From an uncultured virus (IMG/VR IMGVR_UViG_3300046675_000363) (Duplodnaviria > Heunggongvirae > Uroviricota > Caudoviricetes), in IMG/VR virus record IMGVR_UViG_3300046675_000363: DNA of 64,000 nucleotides; one strand, written 5' to 3'. Made by a program: the position numbers and the translations under genes. Below, piece after piece: positions 17,236-25,421 of the stretch. Below the pieces are notes generated by a model. That model was not told the DNA's origin. It searched no databases and worked only from the letters and a program-made list of their open reading frames with translations. Position 1 is the first letter of the stretch, and every line of letters starts with the position of its first letter.

Positions 17236-17901
17236 ATGGCCGACTACGACGTCGAAAAAATCAAGAAAATCATTCGCATGCTGGAGAGCGAGCACGACGG
17301 CGAGGCGGCGGCGGCTGCGCGAATGCTGGCGCTGCATGCAAAAAAGCAGGGCCACAACGTCACTGAAATGCTGGGGAGCATTTACGGCGGGGGCGGCGGC
17401 GGCATGCTGCAATATAGGCTTGACGCCGCCTTGCATATGGTCGAGGTCGCCAAGGAAGCGGTCGCGGTGGCGATGGCCAGGGCTGAAGAAGAGAAGGCCA
17501 AGCGCATCGCGCTGGAGCGCCACCGGGACGCAGGCTTTACGGCGACGTCGGCGCCGCGCCCGCAGCAGGACGATCGAAACGCATTCTGGAACGCAGCAGC
17601 CAACGCTCAGGCGCAGCCGCCGCCATGGGGGGCTGATCCGTTCAAGCCTGGCTCAGGCGGCTGGAACCCGCCTCCACCGCCCCCGCCTGGGCCGCCTTGG
17701 ATGGAGATCCTGCGCGAAATGTTCGATCGGCATGGCGTGTCCATGCTGACGCAGTGGGAGCAAAATTTTGTCGTTGATTTGGTCGATCGCGGCACACGTT
17801 ACCTAAGCGAAAAGCAGGAAGCGGTGGTGGTGCGGATCGTGGCGAAGTACCGCCAATGGGAAGACACCGGGAACTGTGGTTTTTACAACGTCGGGCGCTG
17901 A
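17236..17901 (+). CDS. Hypothetical protein (DUF2786-like N-terminus)
   Basis: KIIRMLESEHDGEAAAAARM; C-terminal LTQWEQNFV..LSEKQ. Confidence 0.75.
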   Translation: MADYDVEKIKKIIRMLESEHDGEAAAAARMLALHAKKQGHNVTEMLGSIYGGGGGGMLQYRLDAALHMVEVAKEAVAVAMARAEEEKAKRIALERHRDAGFTATSAPRPQQDDRNAFWNAAANAQAQPPPWGADPFKPGSGGWNPPPPPPPGPPWMEILREMFDRHGVSMLTQWEQNFVVDLVDRGTRYLSEKQEAVVVRIVAKYRQWEDTGNCGFYNVGR

Positions 17902-17904
17902 ACG

Positions 17905-17932
17905 AAAAAACGGGGGCTTGCGCCCCCGTTTG
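17905..17932. terminator. Bidirectional-type hairpin terminator
   Basis: AAAAAACGGGGGC-TTGC-GCCCCCGTTT. Confidence 0.65.
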
Positions 17933-17990
17933 CAGTTTTTGCCCAAACAACACCCAAAGCAGCCCGAGAGACGAAAAAGGACCGACTTAG

Positions 17991-20888
17991 ATGCCGAATA
18001 TAGATCAGGGTGCAGGCGGAAGCAAGGGCGGCGGTGGCGGCGGCTCGCAATATCGCTTTTTTCAGATGATGGCCAATTATGCCGATTTGCTGATCGACGC
18101 CGGCTATCCGGTCATCCCGGTCAAGGGCAAGAAGCCCACGGACGAGGGCTGGCTGGATCGAAAATATAGCAAGGCTGACATGCGCGAGCGCATGCTGGCC
18201 GGCGGCAATATCGGCCTGCCTTTGGGCCGTAAGGTGAGCGACGACACGGCGCTGGTTTCGATCGACGTCGACATCTCGTTTTTAGCTCCTGCCGAGGCGG
18301 TGCGCGGCGTCATGCCAGACGGGCCGACCTGCTATGGCAATCAGCCCAAATTTAAGATGCTGGTCAGGGTGCCGCTGGCCGAGGCTTACTCGCGGGATTA
18401 TCCCTTTGTGCGCCACAACGGCGCCGGCGAGGAAAAAATCCAGGTCCAGGTGCTGGGCCAGGGCCGGCAAGCGGTGATTTTTGGCGTTCATCCCGAAACC
18501 GGCAAGATGTATTTTTGGGACGCCGATTCGCAGGGCCGGCGCTTGTTTGAAATGGCGCTGACTGATTGGCCGCTGATCGACAATATTGAGACGCTGATAG
18601 GATCGATAGCGAAGGCGCTGGAGCCGTTCGGCTGGTCCCGGCGGGCGTCTGGCGTCGGCGGGGCCGGGCCTCGCCCACAGGCCTATCCGGAAGGGACGGA
18701 GATCCCCGACCGGGTGCTCGATGCGGTCGAGGCTTACCTAAATCGCGAAATCGCTGCTCTCGCAGCCATGGGCGTCGGGACGGGGCGCGGGACCAAAGCT
18801 TTCGAAATTGGCTGCTGGGCCGGCTTTGCGCTGCGCGATGGCGGCATCGAGCTTGACGATGTGCGGGCCGAGGTGAGCAACGCCCTGGGCGCCGACAATC
18901 AGAAAGACTTGCGGCAATTCGACAACGGCGTGGCCAAGTCGGACGGGCAGCAATTCGCGGAGCCGGCCATTGACTGGAACGCCGAGGCGGCCAAGGCGGG
19001 CCTGGGAGGCGGGCCGCCGGGGCCTGCGCCAAACGTCACGCCGATCGGCCATGACGGCTACAGGATCGCCCTCGCCACGCTGCACCGGACGATCGAGCGC
19101 AGGCATGTGCTGCGCCATGGCACAGACACGTCATATGCGGCGCTGATCGCGGAGGCGGCGACCCTGTCCTGGCGCGGGTCGCTCTACCGCAACATGGCCG
19201 GCGACGTGGTGCGGGTGCTGCCAATGGCCGGCGCGCATGGCGTGGCGGCGCCCAAAGGCACGTTGAAGGATCCGACGCCGCCCCAGGTGCGGGTATCGAT
19301 CCCGACCGACGACGAAGTGCGGGCAATGATCGGGGACGCGGTCACGACCTGGGAGCGGGTCACAATCCCGGACGAGGGCGGGCCGTCGCATATCGTGCTC
19401 AAGCGCGACCCGAACGGCGAGGACATATCGTGGAGCGGCGCCGGCGGGTTAAAGGTCGAGGGCGCAAAGACGGCGGTTTGGGCCAGGCGCGCCGCGCATA
19501 ATCACGGGCGCGACGCCTGGGTCGACGATCGCGACGCCTGGATTAGACAGCCCCTGCCCAAGGGCGCGGTGATTAAGGCGGTGGTGACAAGCTTCCGGGG
19601 GTGCGCAGGCACGATCGGGACGCCCTGGCTCAGGTCTGTGTCTACAGCCCCATCTTTCGGCAGGGACGGGCGCTTGCTGATGGATGACGGGCCGCTGGAG
19701 ACGGCGGCGGGTGAAATCGTTTTTACGGTCCAGGGGGCGATGCGCGGCCATGTCAAGCTGATGCATATTGGCGACGCCAAAAGCATTTTGTTGGACTTCC
19801 TGGCCTTGTTTCCGTTTGCTGACGACGTGAGCGAGGCGGTGGGCCTGGCGCTGTTTTTCTCGCTAATCGCGCGCGGGGCCTTTGGCGTCGGGCCGGCTTA
19901 CGTGATCGACGCGCCGGAATATGGCGCGGGCAAAACTTTCCTGGCCGGCAAGCTGGGGCTGTTCAGCGGCCAGCCGATGAACCTTATCCCGTGCGGCGTC
20001 GACAAGGGCGAAGAAGAATTAAGCAAACGCTTTGAAACGGCGCTGATGACGGAGGCGAGCGGAATGCTTTTGCTCGATGATGTGCCACATGGAAAGATGC
20101 CGAACTTTCCGACGATGCGGACCTATCTCACGGCGACGACGCCAGAGCTAAAAATCCGGCGGTTCGGCAAAAACGACGATCACAAGACAGTCAGGACAGA
20201 TGCGACCACGCTTGCGGTCACCGGCTGCGCGGTCGAAGTGAGCAAGGACATGGTGCGCCGGGTGCTGCGCACGAACCTGGACCCGCGCAAGGCGGCGGAC
20301 AGGGTGGGCTGGGAGGCGGACCTGTGCCGGCTGGACCTTGACGCCATGTATGCGGACCCGGCGGCGCACGGGCGCATCCTGGGGGCCGCGCTGACGGTTT
20401 TAGACCATAACTGGCGCACCAGGCCGGCGTCATTGCCGGCGACGCAAAATTATGAGGCATGGTCGCGGGTGGTCAGGGAAGCTTGCAAGGCGGTCACGGG
20501 GGAGGATCCCGATGCATCCAGGGCGGTGCTTGAGGCGATGGACGCCGATCACGAGCAATGGAGCGACACGCTGCTGGCGGTCAGGGCGGCGATGGACGGC
20601 GGCGCTGTCGGGTTCACGGTTGCGGAAATTGTGGAGAAAGTTCAGGCGTCGGGGAGCACGTTCGGGAGCGTGGGCGCGCCTAGCCCGGCTCAGGCGGCGC
20701 TCGATCACCTCATAGATGAATTTGAATTGCGCCGCATTGGGGCGAGCCGGTTTGCGAAACGGCTGGGCCGGTTCCTGCTCAAGCATCGCGATCGGCCAGT
20801 GTATGACGCGGGCAAGGAAATTTTCCTGCGCCAGGCGGCCAAGCGCACAGCATACAAGGGGGAGAAGACAGTCTGGCGGTTCGAATAG
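17991..20888 (+). CDS. Bifunctional primase-polymerase (Prim-Pol) fused to P-loop helicase
   Basis: YPVIPVKGKKP..GNIGL..SIDVD..GRQAVIFGVHPETGKMYFW; C-terminal GAGKT Walker A and LLLDD Walker B. Confidence 0.85.
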   Translation: MPNIDQGAGGSKGGGGGGSQYRFFQMMANYADLLIDAGYPVIPVKGKKPTDEGWLDRKYSKADMRERMLAGGNIGLPLGRKVSDDTALVSIDVDISFLAPAEAVRGVMPDGPTCYGNQPKFKMLVRVPLAEAYSRDYPFVRHNGAGEEKIQVQVLGQGRQAVIFGVHPETGKMYFWDADSQGRRLFEMALTDWPLIDNIETLIGSIAKALEPFGWSRRASGVGGAGPRPQAYPEGTEIPDRVLDAVEAYLNREIAALAAMGVGTGRGTKAFEIGCWAGFALRDGGIELDDVRAEVSNALGADNQKDLRQFDNGVAKSDGQQFAEPAIDWNAEAAKAGLGGGPPGPAPNVTPIGHDGYRIALATLHRTIERRHVLRHGTDTSYAALIAEAATLSWRGSLYRNMAGDVVRVLPMAGAHGVAAPKGTLKDPTPPQVRVSIPTDDEVRAMIGDAVTTWERVTIPDEGGPSHIVLKRDPNGEDISWSGAGGLKVEGAKTAVWARRAAHNHGRDAWVDDRDAWIRQPLPKGAVIKAVVTSFRGCAGTIGTPWLRSVSTAPSFGRDGRLLMDDGPLETAAGEIVFTVQGAMRGHVKLMHIGDAKSILLDFLALFPFADDVSEAVGLALFFSLIARGAFGVGPAYVIDAPEYGAGKTFLAGKLGLFSGQPMNLIPCGVDKGEEELSKRFETALMTEASGMLLLDDVPHGKMPNFPTMRTYLTATTPELKIRRFGKNDDHKTVRTDATTLAVTGCAVEVSKDMVRRVLRTNLDPRKAADRVGWEADLCRLDLDAMYADPAAHGRILGAALTVLDHNWRTRPASLPATQNYEAWSRVVREACKAVTGEDPDASRAVLEAMDADHEQWSDTLLAVRAAMDGGAVGFTVAEIVEKVQASGSTFGSVGAPSPAQAALDHLIDEFELRRIGASRFAKRLGRFLLKHRDRPVYDAGKEIFLRQAAKRTAYKGEKTVWRFE

Positions 20889-21200
20889 GTTAGGGGTTTG
20901 GGGAAAATTTTGGGGGTTTTATAGGGGTTTGCGTTCGAGCAAACCCCTAGTCATTTTTCCTGTTAAATCAATGGTTTAGGACGTAATACAGGGGTTTTAG
21001 GGGTTTTATTTTATATTTAAGGAATAATTTTTATATCTTATGTCTTAATATGAGACATATATAGATGATTTTTCTATATAAAGGTAGCTCGTAAAACCCC
21101 TAAAACCCCTAAAATCGAGAAAGGCCTTTAGAATCATGGTTTTAAGGGCAGGGGTTTGATTTTTCGAAACATCTAAAAGAACCCCTAAGCAAACCCCTAA
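20889..21200. repeat. AT-rich iteron region, probable replication origin
   Basis: About 10 copies of AAACCCCT(A/G) in both orientations around an AT-rich core; IHF-like AATCAATGGTTTA at 20966-20978. Confidence 0.75.
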
Positions 21201-21249
21201 ACGAAGAAAGACGCCCGGAGGCGTCAATCTAGTTTACTTTCGTTAAAGG

Positions 21250-21453
21250 TCACGTTTTCGTATACGTTAGGGCTTGTTTTTGTGACATGCCGGTGCGGAT
21301 CATCAGGCGCAGGAACATCGCGACAGGCAAGGGTGGGCCAATTTCGCGCCAGTGCTGATAATGCGTCTGGCGAGAATAGCCGAACAGGGCGGCGCATTGC
21401 GGCCCTGTCAATTTCAGATGGCGCAAGGCCATGCAATATTCGACAGCGTCCAT
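21250..21453 (-). CDS. HTH DNA-binding protein (possible repressor)
   Basis: LTGPQCAALFGYSRQTHYQHW..PPLPVAMFLRLM. Confidence 0.7.
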   Translation of the reverse strand: MDAVEYCMALRHLKLTGPQCAALFGYSRQTHYQHWREIGPPLPVAMFLRLMIRTGMSQKQALTYTKT

Positions 21454-21668
21454 TATTTGACCCTCGTCTTTTCGATGCGCCAGGTATAGGCGGCGTTTTG
21501 GGTGATCGCCAGGCCTTCGTCGCGCCGATCGTGATTGAAGCGCACGATGCGGAAAGTGTAGCGATAGGCGGCGTCGCCGCGCTTGAAAGCGTCGTCGGCG
21601 CAGCCCTGGCGGTGGGCCGCCTGTTCGGCGGCGCCACGGGCGGTTTTGAAGGTTTGGGCGAGAATCAT
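21453..21668 (-). CDS. Hypothetical protein
   Basis: AAGGA RBS, MILAQTFK. Confidence 0.65.
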   Translation of the reverse strand: MILAQTFKTARGAAEQAAHRQGCADDAFKRGDAAYRYTFRIVRFNHDRRDEGLAITQNAAYTWRIEKTRVK

Positions 21669-21685
21669 GGCGGTTTTCCTTTGGT

Positions 21686-22159
21686 TCAGCGATAGGCGCG
21701 GGTGGCGTCGGCGTTGCCTTTGAGGAACGCCAGGGCCTGGCGCTCGTCGTTTTTGGTCATGCAGCCCTGCAGGTTTTCCAGGATCCATTCCAGGCCGGAT
21801 TCAGTGATCACGAGAGCGTCGCGCGTGTTTTTGACCAGGATCGGGCCAACGCCGGCGGCGGTGCGACAGTCGCGCTCGGCGTCCCAGCCATAGCGGATGT
21901 CGCCGGCGGCGTCGAAAGCCAAGTCGCCTTTAGCGCCATGGATCAGCACTTGCACGATGCGCGCGTTGCAGGCCGGCGCCAGGCGGGGCTTGTCCGCCGG
22001 CGCGTCAAAGCCCTGATAAAACGACGAAACGGCGTAATCGTATGTCGACCGCATGCCGAAATGGCATCCGTAATGGCGGTCTTTGCCGAGCTTGCGGGCG
22101 AGCTTGCCGGCTTCAAAATACAGGCCTTCGGCCTTGAGGGTGTCAACGGTTTGGGTCAT
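21686..22159 (-). CDS. Hypothetical protein
   Basis: CAGGAG RBS; own promoter at about 22190-22215. Confidence 0.75.
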   Translation of the reverse strand: MTQTVDTLKAEGLYFEAGKLARKLGKDRHYGCHFGMRSTYDYAVSSFYQGFDAPADKPRLAPACNARIVQVLIHGAKGDLAFDAAGDIRYGWDAERDCRTAAGVGPILVKNTRDALVITESGLEWILENLQGCMTKNDERQALAFLKGNADATRAYR

Positions 22160-22188
22160 AACGTGTGCTCCTGTTTGGTGACTTATAT

Positions 22189-22224
22189 GTAAACTGGGTT
22201 GACAGGCTTGTCAACCCAGTTGTC
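22189..22224. promoter_or_regulatory. Tandem palindromic operators overlapping a leftward TTGACA promoter
   Basis: GTAAAC-TGG-GTTGAC and GTCAAC-CCA-GTTGTC; together a perfect 13-bp inverted repeat. Confidence 0.7.
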
Positions 22225-22231
22225 GAAAAAA

Positions 22232-23017
22232 TTACGCCTGGGCGCCGACAAAACGCTTTGCGGTTGCGCCGTGGGCGATGATGACCATCGACGCTTTCGC
22301 CTTTGCGCTCGTGCCGCCGCAGGCCTGGCAGGCGTCGCACGACGTCTTCACGCCGGCCTCTTTCGACGCGGGGCAAATCACTTCACCCTTGGCTTTCGCC
22401 TCCGACGGGGTGCGGACGCGGAACGAGCGCCAGCCGGCGGCGATCGCGTCCGCCAGGTCCGCCGGGCTGTCGCACGACGCCATGCAAATGGTCTTGAGAG
22501 CCTGGAAACGAGCGTCGCGCCATTGGTGCGAATAGCCGTTAGTGAAGGCGGCGCGAAGCGTGGCGGCGCGCCAAACCTGGAAAGGGACCGCAGCCGGGTC
22601 GCCATAGGTGCCGAGGCGGAAGCCCAGGCCGGCGAACAATTCGGGCAGGATGGCGACGTCGTAATCAACGCCCGGCTCGGCGTAGCGATCGCCGCGCACC
22701 AGGGTTTCGTAAACGCTACGGACAGACCGACCGACGTTGACGTAGCAAGCGCCGCCGAGATAGGGGCGCATCAGGCAATCGCCGCACACGCTGCTGTCCA
22801 AGCCTTGCTTGAGGGCGACGACCGGCGACACGTCCGAGCGGATGATGAACGATTGAACCATCGCGCCGGTTTTGGCATTGGTCGACGCTGAGGTGATTTT
22901 GTTGGCGATGGCGACGATCGGCGCGCCATCAATCATCGACGGGCCGCGATAGAGCACGACGCCGCAGAAGCGGTTAGACTTGAGAGCGGCGAGCATGTCG
23001 GAGGCTGTGCGGATCAT
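22232..23017 (-). CDS. Cys-rich radical-SAM-like / Gp88-like phage protein
   Basis: NAKTG, CGDC(x9)CY, RLGTYGDP, GYSHQW, MASCD, GWRSF, CPA..CDACQAC, AHG. Confidence 0.7.
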   Translation of the reverse strand: MIRTASDMLAALKSNRFCGVVLYRGPSMIDGAPIVAIANKITSASTNAKTGAMVQSFIIRSDVSPVVALKQGLDSSVCGDCLMRPYLGGACYVNVGRSVRSVYETLVRGDRYAEPGVDYDVAILPELFAGLGFRLGTYGDPAAVPFQVWRAATLRAAFTNGYSHQWRDARFQALKTICMASCDSPADLADAIAAGWRSFRVRTPSEAKAKGEVICPASKEAGVKTSCDACQACGGTSAKAKASMVIIAHGATAKRFVGAQA

Positions 23018-23056
23018 TTGGAGAGGCCTTTTTGTCTGCGGCGTTGAACTGTCCCG

Positions 23057-23151
23057 AATATAGCCAGAGCGTGTTCGGTTGTCAACTAGGTTTACAAATT
23101 AAAATAAATTATTTTCGCGCTTGACAACTAGGTTGACGCCAGGCATATAAG
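23057..23151. promoter_or_regulatory. Divergent sigma70 promoter pair with operators
   Basis: Minus: TTGACA-N17-TATATT (23085-23057); plus: TTGACA at 23121 with CATATAAG downstream; AT-rich spacer between them. Confidence 0.8.
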
Positions 23152-23186
23152 GGCCAGTTAACAACCGCACACGAAAGGCACACGAC

Positions 23187-23492
23187 ATGCTGCAAGTTCA
23201 AGGCCTGCCCTTCCACAAGGGATCCGACGCCTGGCGCGTCATACACGAGGGGCGCATCCTGCCCAAGTATGTGCGCGACGACATCGCCCGCCTGCGTCGC
23301 GAGCGGAACGAGTTCCAAGAGGTGAGGGTGCTGCGCACGGGTGAGCCTGGCTGGATCAGCCGGGCAGAGCAGGCGGCGCGATCGGCGCGCACCTATGCCG
23401 AGCATGAGGCGCGCGCCCTGGGGTGGACCGAGCCAAGCGTCGCCGCCGAGGGCGCCGCCGCTTACGCCGCCGCCCTGGCCGGCGAGGGCTAA
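23187..23492 (+). CDS. Hypothetical protein
   Basis: GAAAGG RBS; downstream of the divergent promoter. Confidence 0.7.
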   Translation: MLQVQGLPFHKGSDAWRVIHEGRILPKYVRDDIARLRRERNEFQEVRVLRTGEPGWISRAEQAARSARTYAEHEARALGWTEPSVAAEGAAAYAAALAGEG

Positions 23493-23508
23493 CGCCCAGG
23501 CCCAGGCC

Positions 23509-23675
23509 TGTCAGGGGGCTGACAGCCCCCTGACATGGCCGTTCCCGGTCTGTTCTGGCAGGGTGCTGACAGGGGGATCACAGGCCTCGATCGAAAAAAT
23601 GAGGGGGGTACCCCCGCTAATAGGCGGCTCAGAGTATACTATAAGCCCCAAAAATTTTTCTATAAAATTTTCCCT
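23509..23675. other. Candidate packaging (pac/cos/terminus) region
   Basis: 12-bp inverted repeat 23509-23535, GGGGGTACCCCC palindrome 23604-23615 and A/T tracts, all upstream of terS. Confidence 0.5.
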
Positions 23676-23752
23676 GGTTTTCAAACGTATTCGGTTGTTG
23701 ACCAATAAACGGACATGGGAAACGAATGCTCTCATTCATTTCCCACGTTTCA

Positions 23753-24133
23753 CTAGGCTTGTTTTGAACTTTTCTCAATCTTCCCCCTAACCTTGATCAT
23801 GAGGTCATTCAGCCCAGTGACGAGATTCTCCAAGGCTTCCAACGTATCGTTCATTTCCCCCGCCGAGTCCCCCTCCCAGGTGTCGATATGCGCCGTAATC
23901 GCCTCCAGCAGGTCGATCTTGCTTTCCTGGACGCCCTCGGCATAGAGGGTGTAGATCTCGAATTGTCTATCCGCGACCCACACGCACATATTTATCCTTG
24001 GCAGGATGCGGGTTTCCCACTTCGATAGCTTGAAGCCATGGCGGCTGTAGTCGTAAGGCTTGCAGATCTGGGTGAAGGGGTCGTACCCCCCACAGTCGTC
24101 CGAAACCATTTCTGGCGCTCTATTCTTTCCCAT
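23753..24133 (-). CDS. Hypothetical protein
   Basis: GGAGGAG upstream, MGKNRAPE; lone antisense gene before terS. Confidence 0.6.
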   Translation of the reverse strand: MGKNRAPEMVSDDCGGYDPFTQICKPYDYSRHGFKLSKWETRILPRINMCVWVADRQFEIYTLYAEGVQESKIDLLEAITAHIDTWEGDSAGEMNDTLEALENLVTGLNDLMIKVRGKIEKSSKQA

Positions 24134-24248
24134 CTCCACACTCTCCTCCTCCCAATTTCGTACTCGCTTGTCTAACCCGTTTTCGCTCTTGCCGGCAAGC
24201 CCATTTCCCTCATATACTCCCCCGACCCCTCTCCCGGAGGCCCACGCC

Positions 24249-24812
24249 ATGCCCACCAAGAAGCAAAACCGGCGCATCGCTCGCTACGAGTTAGCGCAGT
24301 CCGTTAAGGCGGCGCCGACGCCCCCGGAGGTCAAGCCGCCGTGGGCCGCTGTCTACACTCCGGAGATAGCCGAGCGGATTTGCGATATGGTCACCGACGG
24401 CAAGACCTTGCGCCAGATCGCGCTGGAGGCGGTCTGGGCGCCCAACGCCCGGATTATGTATTATTGGCTGGAGGAGCACCCGGAGTTCGCGCGGGCCTTC
24501 GCGGCGGCGCGAGAGCTATATGCCGATGACATCGCCCGCGAGATCGTGACCATTGCCGACGAGGCAATCACTGACCTCGATGTCGCCAAGCTGCCCCACC
24601 GCATTCACGCCAGGGAGTGGCTGGCGGTCAAACGCTCTCCTCGCTTCTACGGCGATCGCCGCCAGGTCGAGACGGTTTCCAACGTCAATATCAACACCTT
24701 GACCAAGATCGACATTTCCCGCCTCACCAACGAGGAGCTTCTCCAGGCCGAAAAGGCGCTGCAGAAAGCGATCGGGCATTCCAGCCATAATCCCGAAGAC
24801 GATGAGGAGTGA
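24249..24812 (+). CDS. terS: Terminase small subunit (Sf6-like)
   Basis: YTPEIAERIC..GKTLRQI..W..HPEF..ARE..IAD..REWLA.K..PRFYGD; GGAGG RBS. Confidence 0.9.
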   Translation: MPTKKQNRRIARYELAQSVKAAPTPPEVKPPWAAVYTPEIAERICDMVTDGKTLRQIALEAVWAPNARIMYYWLEEHPEFARAFAAARELYADDIAREIVTIADEAITDLDVAKLPHRIHAREWLAVKRSPRFYGDRRQVETVSNVNINTLTKIDISRLTNEELLQAEKALQKAIGHSSHNPEDDEE

Positions 24813-25030
24813 CCCTGCCCATGCCCCCCTTCAAGCCCGCTCCCCGCTCCCTGGTGGATATTACCGTCGAAGGCCCGAAACCCTATGAAGGCCGGATCTT
24901 CCCGCTCAACGTCCAGTTTATCGACGGCGAGTGGAAGATGCAGGTCATTCCCGCCCACCCCTCGACGGAGCCTGCTTTTTGTTTCGCCATCAAGGATCTC
25001 AAGACCTGGGCGCCGGCGGGGCATTTATGA
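24809..25030 (+). CDS. Hypothetical protein
   Basis: GTGA coupling. Confidence 0.6.
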   Translation: MTLPMPPFKPAPRSLVDITVEGPKPYEGRIFPLNVQFIDGEWKMQVIPAHPSTEPAFCFAIKDLKTWAPAGHL

Positions 25031-25239
25031 AAATCCCCAACCCGATTTCCCTGCTTCAGGACTGGTGGGCGGCGCAACAGCGGGCCATCGACGTTCAATA
25101 CCTCTGGCCGATCTGCAAGGAACAGGCCCGCGACTTTGCTGAGGCCCGCTACGTTTTCGCCATTCACGCCATTTGCGATCCCGCCTGGCTGCGGCTCCCG
25201 GTCGAAGAAATCAAGCGCCAGATCGGGGAGTTGCAGTGA
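25027..25239 (+). CDS. Hypothetical protein
   Basis: QRAID..LWP.CK..FA.HA..DPAW; ATGA coupling. Confidence 0.7.
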   Translation: MKIPNPISLLQDWWAAQQRAIDVQYLWPICKEQARDFAEARYVFAIHAICDPAWLRLPVEEIKRQIGELQ

Positions 25240-25421
25240 AGAACGACCCTGCTCTTAAGCTGGGAATTTCCCTCTCTTCGTCCTGCGACTGGGCGCCGAT
25301 GTGGTTCGGATCCTACACTGCCTGCGTCCACGCCTGGCGCTTTATCAATCCCGACTGGGAGAATCATTTGGCCGCCATTTCTTATATGCTGGCGCTTGAT
25401 AAAGGCATGGTGTTCGGATGA
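25236..25421 (+). CDS. Hypothetical protein
   Basis: Coupled to both neighbours. Confidence 0.5.
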   Translation: MKNDPALKLGISLSSSCDWAPMWFGSYTACVHAWRFINPDWENHLAAISYMLALDKGMVFG

